NCBI GenBank assembly: GCA_965541585.1
Contig: CBEUCH010000006.1
Span: 1-64,000 of the forward strand
Source of the DNA: an uncultured bacterium
GTDB lineage: Bacteria; Zixibacteria; MSB-5A5; UBA10806
Direction of reading: 5' to 3'
Length of the DNA: 64,000 nucleotides
The notes below the pieces were generated by a model that worked only from the letters and a program-made list of their open reading frames with translations, was not told where the DNA came from and ran no database searches. Both the position numbers and the translations under genes were made by a program. Shown in pieces: positions 1 through 9,938 of the stretch (within the stretch, counting starts at the first letter, position 1; each line of letters begins with the position of its first letter).

Positions 1-1
1 A

Positions 2-277
2 TGGCACGGGCAGGAGCGGATCGAGAAATGCGGCTTTACGCTGGTTCCGGCATCGAAGATTGACGCACCGTTGGTGAATGAATGCAGGGCGCATCTGGAA
101 TGCCGACTTGTCGATACCAAAGATGTCGGAACCGGATTTGTTATATTCGGCGAGATTGTGGTGGCCTCCATCTGGGATGAGATCTTGAAAGTCGAGCCGG
201 ATAAACGGTATAAGCTTCTGGATCAGATTATCTTTCTGGAAGATGGGGTATGGGGGAAATTGATAAAATTCAACTGA
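2..277 (+). CDS. Flavin reductase-like (flavoredoxin family) protein, 5' truncated by window edge
   Basis: Frame is open from base 2: GFTLVPASKIDAPLVNECRAHLECRLVD..GFVIFGEIV, typical flavin reductase-like C-terminal half. Confidence 0.75.
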   Translation, partial: WHGQERIEKCGFTLVPASKIDAPLVNECRAHLECRLVDTKDVGTGFVIFGEIVVASIWDEILKVEPDKRYKLLDQIIFLEDGVWGKLIKFN

Positions 278-331
278 AATGTAAGGCCAATATAATAGAA
301 GATGTAACGGTGCGTAAGGTGGCCCTGGATT

Positions 332-1564
332 TTACCCCATCATAAACACATGCGCGAACACCTTGGCATCGCCTAAGATGTTGGATATCGACGTGTGCTC
401 GTTGGGCTGGTGGGCCGATTCGCTTACGCGACTCCAGACCGCGGCCGGGTAACCCTTGCGCCGGAACAACGCCGCCACCGTGCCGCCGCCGATTCCATAA
501 ACCTGGGGCTTGATGTTGTACACCTTATTTATACCGCGCATCAAGGCTTGGACCACCGGCGCATCCTCTCTCGTGGGCGTAGCGGCCTCGGCCCGCTGGG
601 AGTGGCTGATCTTAATTGTTACATTCTCACTGACCTCGATCTCCGCCGCCCATTTCTTTATCAGTGACTCGATCTCGTCGAGCTTATATTTCGGCAGGAC
701 TCGGCAATCTATGTAGAAAACATCGTCGCCCGGAATGGTGTTGACATTGGGGACGTTGGCTTCCTTTTTGGTCGGCTCGAATGTAGAATTGGCCGGATGG
801 AACAATTTATCTTTGGCATCGAAAATGTTATACAACGCGTGAATCTTGGCTGATAGCTTGGATGCTGCGGCGAAAGCATTAATCCCCTGATCGGGGCGGG
901 AGGCATGACACTGCCTGCCTGTCGTCTCGACCTTCAGCCAGCAGATCGATTTCTCGGCGATCTCGATCATCTTGCCATCGTCATCGCCGGCGTCCGGGAC
1001 GAGTATGAGATCCTCTTTCTTCAAGATATCATGGTTTTCGAGCAGATAATCGATCCCGTATGTCGAGCCCACCTCCTCATCAGCGACAAACATCAGGCCG
1101 ACATTGTATTTTGGTTTCAGGCCGAGATCGATCAAGGCTTTCCCCGCCAAAACGGCGGCCACCAGGCCGTGCTGGTTGTCCTCGACACCCCGCCCGATCA
1201 GCTTATCACCTTCCACTTTCAATTCGTAAGGCTCACTCTGCCACTTGCTTCGCTCGCCCGGCGGCACGATATCGAGATGCGCCATGACATAGACGGTCCG
1301 CGAACCGTCTTCGCCGGGGAACCTGTATACCATGTTGGGCCGGACTTTCGACGATACCCGCTCATCAGGGGCGTCGTAATGCTCCGGTTCGGGGAATCCC
1401 GCCTTTTTCAGATAGTCTTTTAGAGCCTGCGCCTTTTTCGATTCCCCGTCGCCGTCGTTTTCCGGTGCCAGGGCAGGTATCGATGTCAGAAGACGCTGCA
1501 GCTCTATGACATTGCTCTTATAACTTCCTATCCTGTCCGCAACTTTTTTAAAATCAAAAGCCAT
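332..1564 (-). CDS. M20 family metallo-hydrolase (DapE/ArgE-like)
   Basis: AHLDIVP, GRGVEDN, DEE, GRQCHAS and AHQPNE metal-binding motifs; start chosen at MAFDFKK. Confidence 0.9.
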   Translation of the reverse strand: MAFDFKKVADRIGSYKSNVIELQRLLTSIPALAPENDGDGESKKAQALKDYLKKAGFPEPEHYDAPDERVSSKVRPNMVYRFPGEDGSRTVYVMAHLDIVPPGERSKWQSEPYELKVEGDKLIGRGVEDNQHGLVAAVLAGKALIDLGLKPKYNVGLMFVADEEVGSTYGIDYLLENHDILKKEDLILVPDAGDDDGKMIEIAEKSICWLKVETTGRQCHASRPDQGINAFAAASKLSAKIHALYNIFDAKDKLFHPANSTFEPTKKEANVPNVNTIPGDDVFYIDCRVLPKYKLDEIESLIKKWAAEIEVSENVTIKISHSQRAEAATPTREDAPVVQALMRGINKVYNIKPQVYGIGGGTVAALFRRKGYPAAVWSRVSESAHQPNEHTSISNILGDAKVFAHVFMMG

Positions 1565-2042
1565 TCTGTTCCTCCGCGAAAAGCTCACCGTAGTTATGTA
1601 TCATCTGGGGCGGTTCCACACCGAGCATTCGCAAATAGGTATAGAGATTACCCCGATGATGAATTTCCTCGTCGATAGCCGTATAAATAACCGCCTCTCC
1701 CGTCAGCGATCCGAAAGGTGTCTCATACATCTTCAGATAATGCCCCTCGGGGAGCAGGCGAAGCATACCGGTCGTTTTTTTGTGTTCATTATATAATTTA
1801 TCCCGCAGGGTTTTGCGACTTAGATCCCTTTCACTCGAGAACGGCGCCAGATTCCACTCCCCGGTCAGGATTCCAATCCGGGTATAGAGTTCAACTACGA
1901 GTATATGGTCGAACTGCTCTGCCACACTGCGAACCGTCTCGGCCGGTCGGAAATCAAATCTATCCTCCGGGAACAGATCCAGAAGCCGCAGGGTCAACTT
2001 TCTAACGTTTTCCCAGTATTTCAAGATTGATGATTTGGTCAT
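1554..2042 (-). CDS. DinB/YfiT family protein
   Basis: RSVAEQFDHIL and EIHHRGNLYTYLRMLGVEPP; ATGA overlap with the upstream gene. Confidence 0.85.
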   Translation of the reverse strand: MTKSSILKYWENVRKLTLRLLDLFPEDRFDFRPAETVRSVAEQFDHILVVELYTRIGILTGEWNLAPFSSERDLSRKTLRDKLYNEHKKTTGMLRLLPEGHYLKMYETPFGSLTGEAVIYTAIDEEIHHRGNLYTYLRMLGVEPPQMIHNYGELFAEEQNGF

Positions 2043-2806
2043 GGCTTGCGGCATACCATTATAAACGTGATGGGGATATGCTCCGCAATATATTTATACT
2101 CTTCCATAATCTCCCGGGAGAACCCGATATGCGGCGTATCAGTTGTCGATTGCGGTTCGAGGATTTTCGAGACGGTGAAGCCTGCGGCCGTCAAGGCGTT
2201 GTGATAACAGGATATCGACCGCACATAATGCTGAAATCCGGGGGCCCGCCGGAGTTCTTCGAATTCCCAGCTCCATTTTATCAGGATAGGGTTATATGGA
2301 TAAATGTGGTTGAATTCCACGCCGCCATCTGTTTCATCGATGATATATTGAAGCGGATTCATATCGGAGAGGATAAATTTACCGCCTGGCTTGAGGATAC
2401 AAAATGTTTCTGCAAAAGTGGATTCGATATCCGGTACATAGGAGATTGCGCAGGCGGAGATCGCAATATCGAACGTGGATTTCGGTAGACGCGAGAGGTC
2501 GCTGATTTCGCCGGTGATGAAGTCTATGGCGGCTTTGTGTTCGGAGGCCAGGTTTTCAGCCAGCCTGATCTGCTCCTGCGAGAAATCAACCGCGGTGACC
2601 TCGGCGCCCATTTTAGCCAGCGCAACCGCATTCTGACCGCCGCCGCAACCGAGATCGATAACGGTTTTGCCTTTTATATCGCCTAATAGATGAAGCTTGT
2701 CCTCGCCGGGGCAGAGGGGGCCGTAGTGGACGATATCGGTTGAGATCTCGTATCGCTTACGGTAGGGTTCGGCTATCTTATCCCACGATTTCCTGACATC
2801 AACCAT
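2039..2806 (-). CDS. Class I SAM-dependent methyltransferase
   Basis: VIDLGCGGG motif I, AVDFS, ILKPGGKF. Confidence 0.9.
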   Translation of the reverse strand: MVDVRKSWDKIAEPYRKRYEISTDIVHYGPLCPGEDKLHLLGDIKGKTVIDLGCGGGQNAVALAKMGAEVTAVDFSQEQIRLAENLASEHKAAIDFITGEISDLSRLPKSTFDIAISACAISYVPDIESTFAETFCILKPGGKFILSDMNPLQYIIDETDGGVEFNHIYPYNPILIKWSWEFEELRRAPGFQHYVRSISCYHNALTAAGFTVSKILEPQSTTDTPHIGFSREIMEEYKYIAEHIPITFIMVCRKP

Positions 2807-2871
2807 GCAGGGAGTATATTCAAATCGATTTATAAAAGCAACAACGGACACTCAAACAGGTGTCTGGAGCA

Positions 2872-3057
2872 TTAACATCGGGCTGGCGCATGGCTTGCCC
2901 GGCCGAACAGGATAAATAAAATAAGACCGAAAAGCGGCATTAAGATTATCACGAGCGTCCAGAGGAACTTGGCGGTCAGAGAAAGAGTCGACCCCCAGCA
3001 TCGAAGTATCGCCCAGATATCGGCGATCAAAAGCAGAAGGCTGCAGATAGTAGTCAT
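2872..3057 (-). CDS. Small membrane protein, PLDc_N-like
   Basis: DIWAIL..AKFLWTLVIILMPLFGLILFILFGR; strong AGGAGGT ribosome-binding site. Confidence 0.8.
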   Translation of the reverse strand: MTTICSLLLLIADIWAILRCWGSTLSLTAKFLWTLVIILMPLFGLILFILFGRASHAPARC

Positions 3058-3174
3058 ATTTTACCTCCTTCAATAAGAATATACACATTTGAGAGAACTT
3101 TATTCAGCATTGAAAAAGGAGAAATTGCGGCCGTAGAGATTTGCTCAGCAAAATTAGGAGCGATGTGATAACGC

Positions 3175-4380
3175 TTAATCCCTCTCCGCCAGCTTCCAGA
3201 GCCGCTCTCCAATTATGAAGTAAGGCGGCTTGCAACCGCGATGCTCCCTATAGCCAAGTTCCGAAACAATCGCGATCGTCTCAAAATCTCCGAGCAGGTT
3301 TCTTCTGAATACGCAAAGAGCTTCATAATGATAATAATATCGCCCGATCGCGGTGGAATCATCGATAATATTTTCAATCCAGCCGGTGGCGTTGAGGGCG
3401 AAAAGATCAGACGGATTTGCCGGATCGGTGAAATCGACCGCCCTGAGAATGTGGATTCCGGTTGTATCGTTTCCGGCTATAGACGACAGAAAGAGAGTGT
3501 CGTTATGGAAAATAGGTTTGCGGTACCCGTCGAATGTGTTGGAATAAACTTGTTGAATATGATTTGGATCAGCCAGATCAAATACTTTCAGGTGAGGGCT
3601 ATATTCACGATGCGCAATAAGGTAATCGGAACGAATGACCATCCGCTCGGCCCACACGCTGTCTACCTGATCGAATTCATTCACGGAACCATCGGGCGAA
3701 TATGAAAAAAGCGTTATATAGCCGAAATCGTAATTTGACCGCGCCACAGCCACTAGGCTGTCTTTCAAAGCGAATGATTTTATATAGCCGCTGATTTCGA
3801 GGTGAAAAAGTTGTATTGGATTATACGGATCGGCGAGGGAGTAGGCGAATATGCCGTTTTCGTGGGTGGAATACCAAAGTGTATCGCCGCGAAGCTTGAA
3901 AGTCTTAACCTGATGAGGCAATTCAAATAAAGTCAATTCCCAAAGATTGTCATTCCCGTAATCGTAAACCCGATATTCTCCCTGGTAGGTGACCGTTATT
4001 ATCGTATGGGGATCGAATATTAACGCGTCACCCTCGATCTCCCCGATCTTATAAAGGATATTTGGGGTCGGCATTAACTGATATTCACCAGGCTTCATGG
4101 CGGGCATGCGCAATGAAAAAAGGTCGTTTTTGTAGATGGTTACGCTTTTGTAAAGGGCGTGACTGGGAATCACAGCCTTTCCCCGGCTATCGGTAACTAC
4201 CCTGAAATAATCCCAGTCCATTCCCCCCTCAATGTATGCTCCTTCCAACGGTTGTCCCTGATGATCTGTTACCCGTACTGAAAAATCCGGTCCCGGAGAA
4301 GAAACCTTCCTATCGCAGGCAAAAAGTAAAAACAGGACTGTAGGCGGCATTAGCTTTTGTATGGTCTTAATGGTTATCAT
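3175..4380 (-). CDS. Putative lipoprotein with LVIVD-like beta-propeller repeats
   Basis: Lipobox-like LLFAC; repeats IFAYSLADPYNP, LKVFDLADPNH, VDFTDPANP. Confidence 0.6.
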   Translation of the reverse strand: MITIKTIQKLMPPTVLFLLFACDRKVSSPGPDFSVRVTDHQGQPLEGAYIEGGMDWDYFRVVTDSRGKAVIPSHALYKSVTIYKNDLFSLRMPAMKPGEYQLMPTPNILYKIGEIEGDALIFDPHTIITVTYQGEYRVYDYGNDNLWELTLFELPHQVKTFKLRGDTLWYSTHENGIFAYSLADPYNPIQLFHLEISGYIKSFALKDSLVAVARSNYDFGYITLFSYSPDGSVNEFDQVDSVWAERMVIRSDYLIAHREYSPHLKVFDLADPNHIQQVYSNTFDGYRKPIFHNDTLFLSSIAGNDTTGIHILRAVDFTDPANPSDLFALNATGWIENIIDDSTAIGRYYYHYEALCVFRRNLLGDFETIAIVSELGYREHRGCKPPYFIIGERLWKLAERD

Positions 4381-4637
4381 ACATCCCTCCAGCGAGAGCC
4401 TTACGTCGAACATTAAGGATGCGAGCCTTATAATATTATACAGTTATGAGAATAATATATTCCCCGTAAAAAGACACTGAAAAAGGTCTTTAAAAAGTAC
4501 AATTATTGACCACTATGGAATCTCAAAAACGAGGATTTCTATGTGTCTTTTAGCAAATCGAAATCCTGTCGGTCCGGCCCGGTCTACAGATCGGCAGATT
4601 ATTGGATCCCTGTCAACGCTAAAACCGCATTAACGGC

Positions 4638-5315
4638 TTATGCGGAGGCAACCTGTTGTCTCTTCTTCACTTGTTCGATTATATGCCCGGCAGTGGTAAC
4701 ATATGCAAACCCGTAAGCGAGATTTAGAAGACTTGCCAGATGCATCTCCTCGTTGATACTTCCGGTACAATCGGCCAGGAAGAATACCCTGTAGTCGCGG
4801 TAGTAGGCGTCGCGGGCAGTGGATTCGCAGCACATGTTGGTCATGATGCCGGAGATAACGAGATCCTCTATTTTAAGGCATCGCAGCACCGTCTCCAGAT
4901 CCGTATTGTAGAATGCCGAGTAGCGATGTTTGGCGATGACTTTTTCATTCGCAAGCGGAGCGATGTCGTCATGCAGCTCGCTCTCGGGACTACCGTCGAG
5001 GCACATCCCCTCCCACCACCATCCCATGATACCGGCATCGATTTTATCAGGATGATGAACATGCCTGGCATATATCACCGGGCGGCCTGTGTCACGAAAA
5101 GCGGCTATGAGCCGTTTCAATGTCGGCAGTATCGCCAGCCCGCCGCAGGTGAAGGTCGGCGATTCCGGATCTAAGAAGAACTTCTGCATATCGATGACCA
5201 TCAGCGCAGACGCAGCCGTTTTGATCTCCATCCGGTGCTGATTGAATGGCGCTATCTTCTTTTGCCATTGTTTGGATTTTATCTCGATTTCCCCCGGTGT
5301 CACGTACGGTTTCAT
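4638..5315 (-). CDS. Isochorismatase-family cysteine hydrolase
   Basis: VIDMQ, KHRYSAF, GIMTNMCCESTARDA (Asp-Lys-Cys triad). Confidence 0.9.
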   Translation of the reverse strand: MKPYVTPGEIEIKSKQWQKKIAPFNQHRMEIKTAASALMVIDMQKFFLDPESPTFTCGGLAILPTLKRLIAAFRDTGRPVIYARHVHHPDKIDAGIMGWWWEGMCLDGSPESELHDDIAPLANEKVIAKHRYSAFYNTDLETVLRCLKIEDLVISGIMTNMCCESTARDAYYRDYRVFFLADCTGSINEEMHLASLLNLAYGFAYVTTAGHIIEQVKKRQQVASA

Positions 5316-5358
5316 AACAATTCCTTATCTTTAGATATTTACATATCCCGGTTAAGCG

Positions 5359-5937
5359 TCAAATCCATCCGAAACGAACGAGGCTCTTATAGGCACGCCA
5401 GGAGAATAGCGCTCCGGCGATCAGCAGGCCGATCGTCAATGCGAGTCCGAACCTGGAAATTACCTGCGCTCCCAGTATGATCTCGGTTATCAGGAGGAAC
5501 AGGCAGAATGCCGCCATCCGTTTTCTGCGCGATCTCAGAGGCCCGATTACGGAGAGGATATCATCGGGTATAGTCGATCCGGTTACCCCCTCCATGGCGC
5601 GGTCGATTTTCGGCTGGAGAATGCCATTAACATACGAGAGAAGGAATGTGAGTAAGATAAGGACTAAAGTCTTTAAGGCAATGACAAGGTCGGTCCAGAT
5701 GGCTGCAATGCCCAGGCTTCCGGTGAAGAGAAGCCATACGCCGGTGACGAAAACCGTCATCTGGAATACGAAACATCTCCCGGCTCCTCCCCGAATGATG
5801 TTTTCGAAGAAGCGGTCGACGTCTGCCGGAACACCTTTTCCCATCCGCGCCCGTTCGTTAACCACCACCAGGTTATAAAGAGGCACCGACATGAAAACCG
5901 CGGTAATGATGTGGAGAAATTTCGCTAAATCGTACAT
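5359..5937 (-). CDS. Hypothetical integral membrane protein
   Basis: About five hydrophobic segments, N-terminal FLHI, GGAGG ribosome-binding site. Confidence 0.7.
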   Translation of the reverse strand: MYDLAKFLHIITAVFMSVPLYNLVVVNERARMGKGVPADVDRFFENIIRGGAGRCFVFQMTVFVTGVWLLFTGSLGIAAIWTDLVIALKTLVLILLTFLLSYVNGILQPKIDRAMEGVTGSTIPDDILSVIGPLRSRRKRMAAFCLFLLITEIILGAQVISRFGLALTIGLLIAGALFSWRAYKSLVRFGWI

Positions 5938-5954
5938 TGAATCCTCCCGCGCGA

Positions 5955-6419
5955 TTATTGAATCTTTGAGATAATCACAGTAATAATATACTCTGAAAAG
6001 TTGATCTCATCCCGGGTCTTCGGCGGCTCGACTTTTTCAAGCCTTATTGAATAACCTTCGATTTCGGCAATTGCGAGATTCTCATGGCCTGCTCTGCTCG
6101 TCAGGCTGATTGAGCCCGACTCCTTGCCATCCAATGATATATTCAAAGCAACCGTAACCTGCCCCTCCCAGACACAGGTTACATTAACCGGACAGCGGGA
6201 ATCCTCGGTCAGATCCGCAAACTCAATCAGAATCTTCTCATCTTCAACCGAAGCTATCTTGCTGAATGCGAGGGTGAATGGCGTATCGAGCTCGGCCTGC
6301 AAAGCCTCTTTCTTATGTGTTTGCTCCCCCCGGGGGGTGTTTCCTGCGCAGCCCCATAACGCGGCCACTATGATTAGAGATAGAAGCGCTCGCATGAGTA
6401 TTATCCCGATCCTTCTCAT
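5955..6419 (-). CDS. Hypothetical lipoprotein
   Basis: LWGC lipobox; EDSRCPVNVTCVWEG motif. Confidence 0.7.
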   Translation of the reverse strand: MRRIGIILMRALLSLIIVAALWGCAGNTPRGEQTHKKEALQAELDTPFTLAFSKIASVEDEKILIEFADLTEDSRCPVNVTCVWEGQVTVALNISLDGKESGSISLTSRAGHENLAIAEIEGYSIRLEKVEPPKTRDEINFSEYIITVIISKIQ

Positions 6420-6496
6420 ACTGCCGTGAAGATGCGTTTACGGGATTTGTTTGTCAAGACAAGAGAAGTGCAATATATTTAAACGATACTAAAAAA

Positions 6497-6838
6497 ATGA
6501 AAACGCGAAGAGGACAAAAACCCGAGAGAGCATTGTTGAGCCTGCAGATAAAGGATATTATCAAGAAGATCCCCAGGGGCAAGGTGGCAACATACGGCCA
6601 GATCGCCACCATGGCCGGCAATCCTCTCGCCGCCCGGCAGGTGGTTCGGATACTGCATTCATCGTCCCGCAAAGAGAAGCTTCCCTGGCATAGGGTTATT
6701 AACAGTAAGGGACGGATATCGCTGCAGCCGGGATTCGGCTACGAAGAGCAGAAATCAAAACTGATCAAAGAGGGGATCAAATTCGATGAAAGCGACAGCA
6801 TCGATTTCGCGCGATTTCTGTGGACGGGCAAATCCTAA
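6497..6838 (+). CDS. Alkyltransferase-like protein (ATL, MGMT family, non-catalytic)
   Basis: IPRGKVATYGQIA and PWHRV (Trp in place of the PCHRV Cys). Confidence 0.9.
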   Translation: MKTRRGQKPERALLSLQIKDIIKKIPRGKVATYGQIATMAGNPLAARQVVRILHSSSRKEKLPWHRVINSKGRISLQPGFGYEEQKSKLIKEGIKFDESDSIDFARFLWTGKS

Positions 6839-6952
6839 AGGCAAAGCATGAACATTATCATTCCGCACTCGATGCGGAATCCATTATCCGAGGGGGTGGC
6901 AAGAATGAAAACCATTTGCCTTGCCAATACTCAGACAATATATTCGACGATC

Positions 6953-7705
6953 ATGGCAAATGCGGTTAATGGAAAATCATGGCCGGGGCGGGACACATCA
7001 GACAATCGCCCACTCTACCGCATGTTCTCAAAAGTCCCCGCCAGGTATGATCTGTTAAATCGCCTTCTTACGCTCGGCCTGGACCAGAGATGGCGCAGGA
7101 AGGCAGCCGAAGTTTGCCTCGAATCAAAACATAATCGTATAATGGATCTCTGCTCCGGGACCGGTGACCTGGCGATCGAGTTGGCGAAAATAACAAGCGG
7201 CAATTCCGAGATAATCGCCGCTGATTTCTGTGAGCCTATGCTGGAGGTGGCCGAACGTAAGGCTCTGAATGCCGGGCTCGACGGTCGGATCGCGTTCCAG
7301 GTTGCCGATGCCGCCTCTTTGCCTTTCGATGACGGCTATTTTGATATCGTGGCAATCGCGTTCGGTCTCCGTAACCTGACATTCAAAAATCCCAAAACCG
7401 ATATTTATCTAAAAGAGATTTTCAGGGTGATCGCGCCGGGCGGACGACTGGTAAGTGTCGAAACCAGCCAGCCGGAGTCTGTTATATTAAAGAGGCTTTC
7501 CGGTTTTTATTATATGTCGATTGTGAAACATGTGGGCAACGCTGTTTCCGGCGAACGGGGCGCCTATAGCTATCTGTCATATTCAGCACGGAATTATTAC
7601 AAGCCGTCGGACGTACGAGATATGTTAACCGACGTCGGTTTCACGTCCGTTGATCACCGGCCGCTCTGTCGAGGCATCGCGGCGGTGCATGTGGCGCGGA
7701 AGTAG
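6953..7705 (+). CDS. ubiE: UbiE/MenG quinone biosynthesis C-methyltransferase
   Basis: RYDLLNRLLTLGLDQRWR, DLCSGTGD, AFGLRN, AYSYL; start uncertain (6848, 6905 or 6953). Confidence 0.85.
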   Translation: MANAVNGKSWPGRDTSDNRPLYRMFSKVPARYDLLNRLLTLGLDQRWRRKAAEVCLESKHNRIMDLCSGTGDLAIELAKITSGNSEIIAADFCEPMLEVAERKALNAGLDGRIAFQVADAASLPFDDGYFDIVAIAFGLRNLTFKNPKTDIYLKEIFRVIAPGGRLVSVETSQPESVILKRLSGFYYMSIVKHVGNAVSGERGAYSYLSYSARNYYKPSDVRDMLTDVGFTSVDHRPLCRGIAAVHVARK

Positions 7706-7759
7706 CAGGTTATTACGCGCTGCCGGGTGAGGTCACCCGACAGCTTTTAAAAGAGTCTG

Positions 7760-8272
7760 CTACTTTTCAGCCGCTGGCAGCGGGAAAAGACCGAGCTGGC
7801 TCAGCACGGCGACATTATCCCAGGTAACCCATGTCTCGACTATCATTCCCTCTTCGAAACGATGAAATCCGGCAACTTCCGAAACCATTTTTTTGCCGGT
7901 TGCGGGGAATGGACCCATCTGGCCGGTATGAGTGCCTGAATATGTCATATAGAACGCGACCAGATCTCCCTCGGCGGCTACCATAAGAAGCTCCATCTTT
8001 GCATCCGGAAAAGCCTGATCCCACTCACCCAAAAGGGCTTTGAAATCATCGAGGCTCTCAACCTTGACATCGGGAGTAGCCTGGCAATGCCTGACATAAT
8101 CCTGGGCAATATGCTTATCCAGCTCGTCGTATTCGTGGTTGTTCAGGGCATCGAACGTCCGCTGAATGCAAACTTTATGCTTGGCAACTATTTCATCTGC
8201 ACTCGGACTACAACTCAGTGATGCCATAACAAACAGCAGGATGACCATCAGAAGCACATTTCTCTTGTTCAC
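7760..8272 (-). CDS. SnoaL-like ester cyclase family lipoprotein
   Basis: AFPD..AEGDLV..GTHTGQMGPFPATGK..IVETW; signal peptide ending LSC; GTG start after AGGAGGT. Confidence 0.85.
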   Translation of the reverse strand: MNKRNVLLMVILLFVMASLSCSPSADEIVAKHKVCIQRTFDALNNHEYDELDKHIAQDYVRHCQATPDVKVESLDDFKALLGEWDQAFPDAKMELLMVAAEGDLVAFYMTYSGTHTGQMGPFPATGKKMVSEVAGFHRFEEGMIVETWVTWDNVAVLSQLGLFPLPAAEK

Positions 8273-8368
8273 TTGCTCTTACCTCCTTGTGCTATTTTTT
8301 TAACTTATCGGGTCTTAATTTCTAAGTACAGCTGGGTGATCCCGACCGTCAGTTTTACTATAGTGTCT

Positions 8369-9088
8369 TTACCAATCTTTTTCCATAGCTTTTTTGCGTT
8401 TGGCGGCCGGATATTTCTCGATGGCGTAACGAAGCGCGGTGCGAGGCATCTTGCGCTTATTCTTCATCACGTATTTGAAAACCTCGTCCGGGTATTGGTT
8501 GCCGGCTTCCTTGAGCATCCAGCCGTAACCCTTCTGCACCATGTCGTCGTCATCGGTTAAGAGCAGGTCCGCGGTCTTGAAGACCTCCTTGAGCATCAGC
8601 CTTTTCCTGACCGGCTCGATGAGGCTGACCGCCGCCGTCCGCCGGAACCAGCGGTTTTTCGATTTCGCCCATTTTTTGGTCCTAGAGACAAGGTCTGGAT
8701 ACAAAACCAGAAGCTCCCCGGAGATGCCGCAGAAATGGTCGCAGTTGCCCCAGTTGTTGACGAAGTTTTTGAGCCAGCGTTCGAAACGCGCGAAATCGGT
8801 TTTGCGGTAATCTCGTTTGACCTTAAGCGCCCAGATGAAGGCGATGATACGCATGTAGCGCTCACCCGAGGCCAGAAGCTCATCGCAGGTATCCAGGATC
8901 TCTTTGGCCGGTTTGCCCTTGACCTCCTTGAAGCATTCATTGGCGATCTTGCGCAGGATGGGGACCTTCAAGCCGTATGGCTCTTTCAGCTTCTCCTTGA
9001 AGAACTGCTGGTAGTTGGCGCGGTTGGCGGGCTTGTCGTGTTTGGCGAGGGCGGCCTTAAGTTTACGGAAATATGGTATTTTCGGCAC
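8369..9088 (-). CDS. DNA alkylation repair protein (AlkD-like)
   Basis: NWGNCD, WFRR, DMVQKGYGWMLKE, MPRTALRYAIEK. Confidence 0.85.
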   Translation of the reverse strand: MPKIPYFRKLKAALAKHDKPANRANYQQFFKEKLKEPYGLKVPILRKIANECFKEVKGKPAKEILDTCDELLASGERYMRIIAFIWALKVKRDYRKTDFARFERWLKNFVNNWGNCDHFCGISGELLVLYPDLVSRTKKWAKSKNRWFRRTAAVSLIEPVRKRLMLKEVFKTADLLLTDDDDMVQKGYGWMLKEAGNQYPDEVFKYVMKNKRKMPRTALRYAIEKYPAAKRKKAMEKDW

Positions 9089-9111
9089 GGCTTATCGTAA
9101 ACCCTCAAGAA

Positions 9112-9582
9112 TCAGTTGAATACTCTCGGGATTTTGCTTTCCCCATTTCCCACGAATTCTGTAATTTTCTGGTCAACCGTAATAATGGCGCACTCTAATG
9201 TTATAGCTGACGCAACAACAATTTTATCATGTAGATCATGTTCTGCTAGGCACCCGTCAACCTTTAGCAAATTCTCCAATACCTCTTGATCTATTGCGCG
9301 AATTTCAACATTCGGAGACTGTTTTAAAGGTATAAAAACTTCATAAAAAAATAAACGATAGAATTCCCTATTTCGAAGCCATTTTTCATATATCTCGATA
9401 AAAACTATTGATGGGACACTTAACAAAACGCTTCCGTCAAATGGATAAACTGCTTTTTGGATAGCGTTTCTTGCCTTGTTAGATATCAACTTTTCCTCTT
9501 CGAATCCAGGTATGTTATCAAACACTCCGGAGAAAAAAGAGACGATTCCGTTTGTGTCAATAACGTAACGTTTCTTTACCAT
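9112..9582 (-). CDS. PIN-domain (VapC-like) ribonuclease
   Basis: VIDTN..VPSIVFIEI..HDKIVVASA..IITVD, full acidic catalytic set. Confidence 0.8.
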   Translation of the reverse strand: MVKKRYVIDTNGIVSFFSGVFDNIPGFEEEKLISNKARNAIQKAVYPFDGSVLLSVPSIVFIEIYEKWLRNREFYRLFFYEVFIPLKQSPNVEIRAIDQEVLENLLKVDGCLAEHDLHDKIVVASAITLECAIITVDQKITEFVGNGESKIPRVFN

Positions 9583-9937
9583 AACAATATTCGGATAATT
9601 GTTTCGCAACTGTCATTAGCGAATTTTCCAATTCAATCTCCCCAGAATGTTCATGTCGCAACATATAATCGACATAATCATCATCGCATTCCTGGATATC
9701 GATAAACATCTTCTCCGGCAAAGAAAAGAGTATCGGTATCATCATCTGGGTCAATGAAGGTAAACTACGCCGTTTTTCAAGAATTCTCGCAAAGGAAAAG
9801 GTTAAACATAGAAGTTTATCTTGCCAATGAATGGCATTTTCAACAAGTGATTTAAGAGTTGTATTTTCAACTGCCTTGTCATTCAAATAAAACAACAAAA
9901 GACTTTCTAACTCATTGCTATTCATACAATAATTCAT
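9557..9937 (-). CDS. Hypothetical protein in the AT-rich operon
   Basis: ATG 1 nt after the ATPase stop and overlaps the PIN start; no motif recognised. Confidence 0.55.
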   Translation of the reverse strand: MNYCMNSNELESLLLFYLNDKAVENTTLKSLVENAIHWQDKLLCLTFSFARILEKRRSLPSLTQMMIPILFSLPEKMFIDIQECDDDYVDYMLRHEHSGEIELENSLMTVAKQLSEYCYGKETLRY

Positions 9938-9938
9938 A

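Noticed and set aside
4467..4552. Loose inverted repeat AAAAGACAC..GTGTCTTTT
   Set aside because: Short, AT-rich and single-copy; cannot be told apart from chance or an ordinary operator
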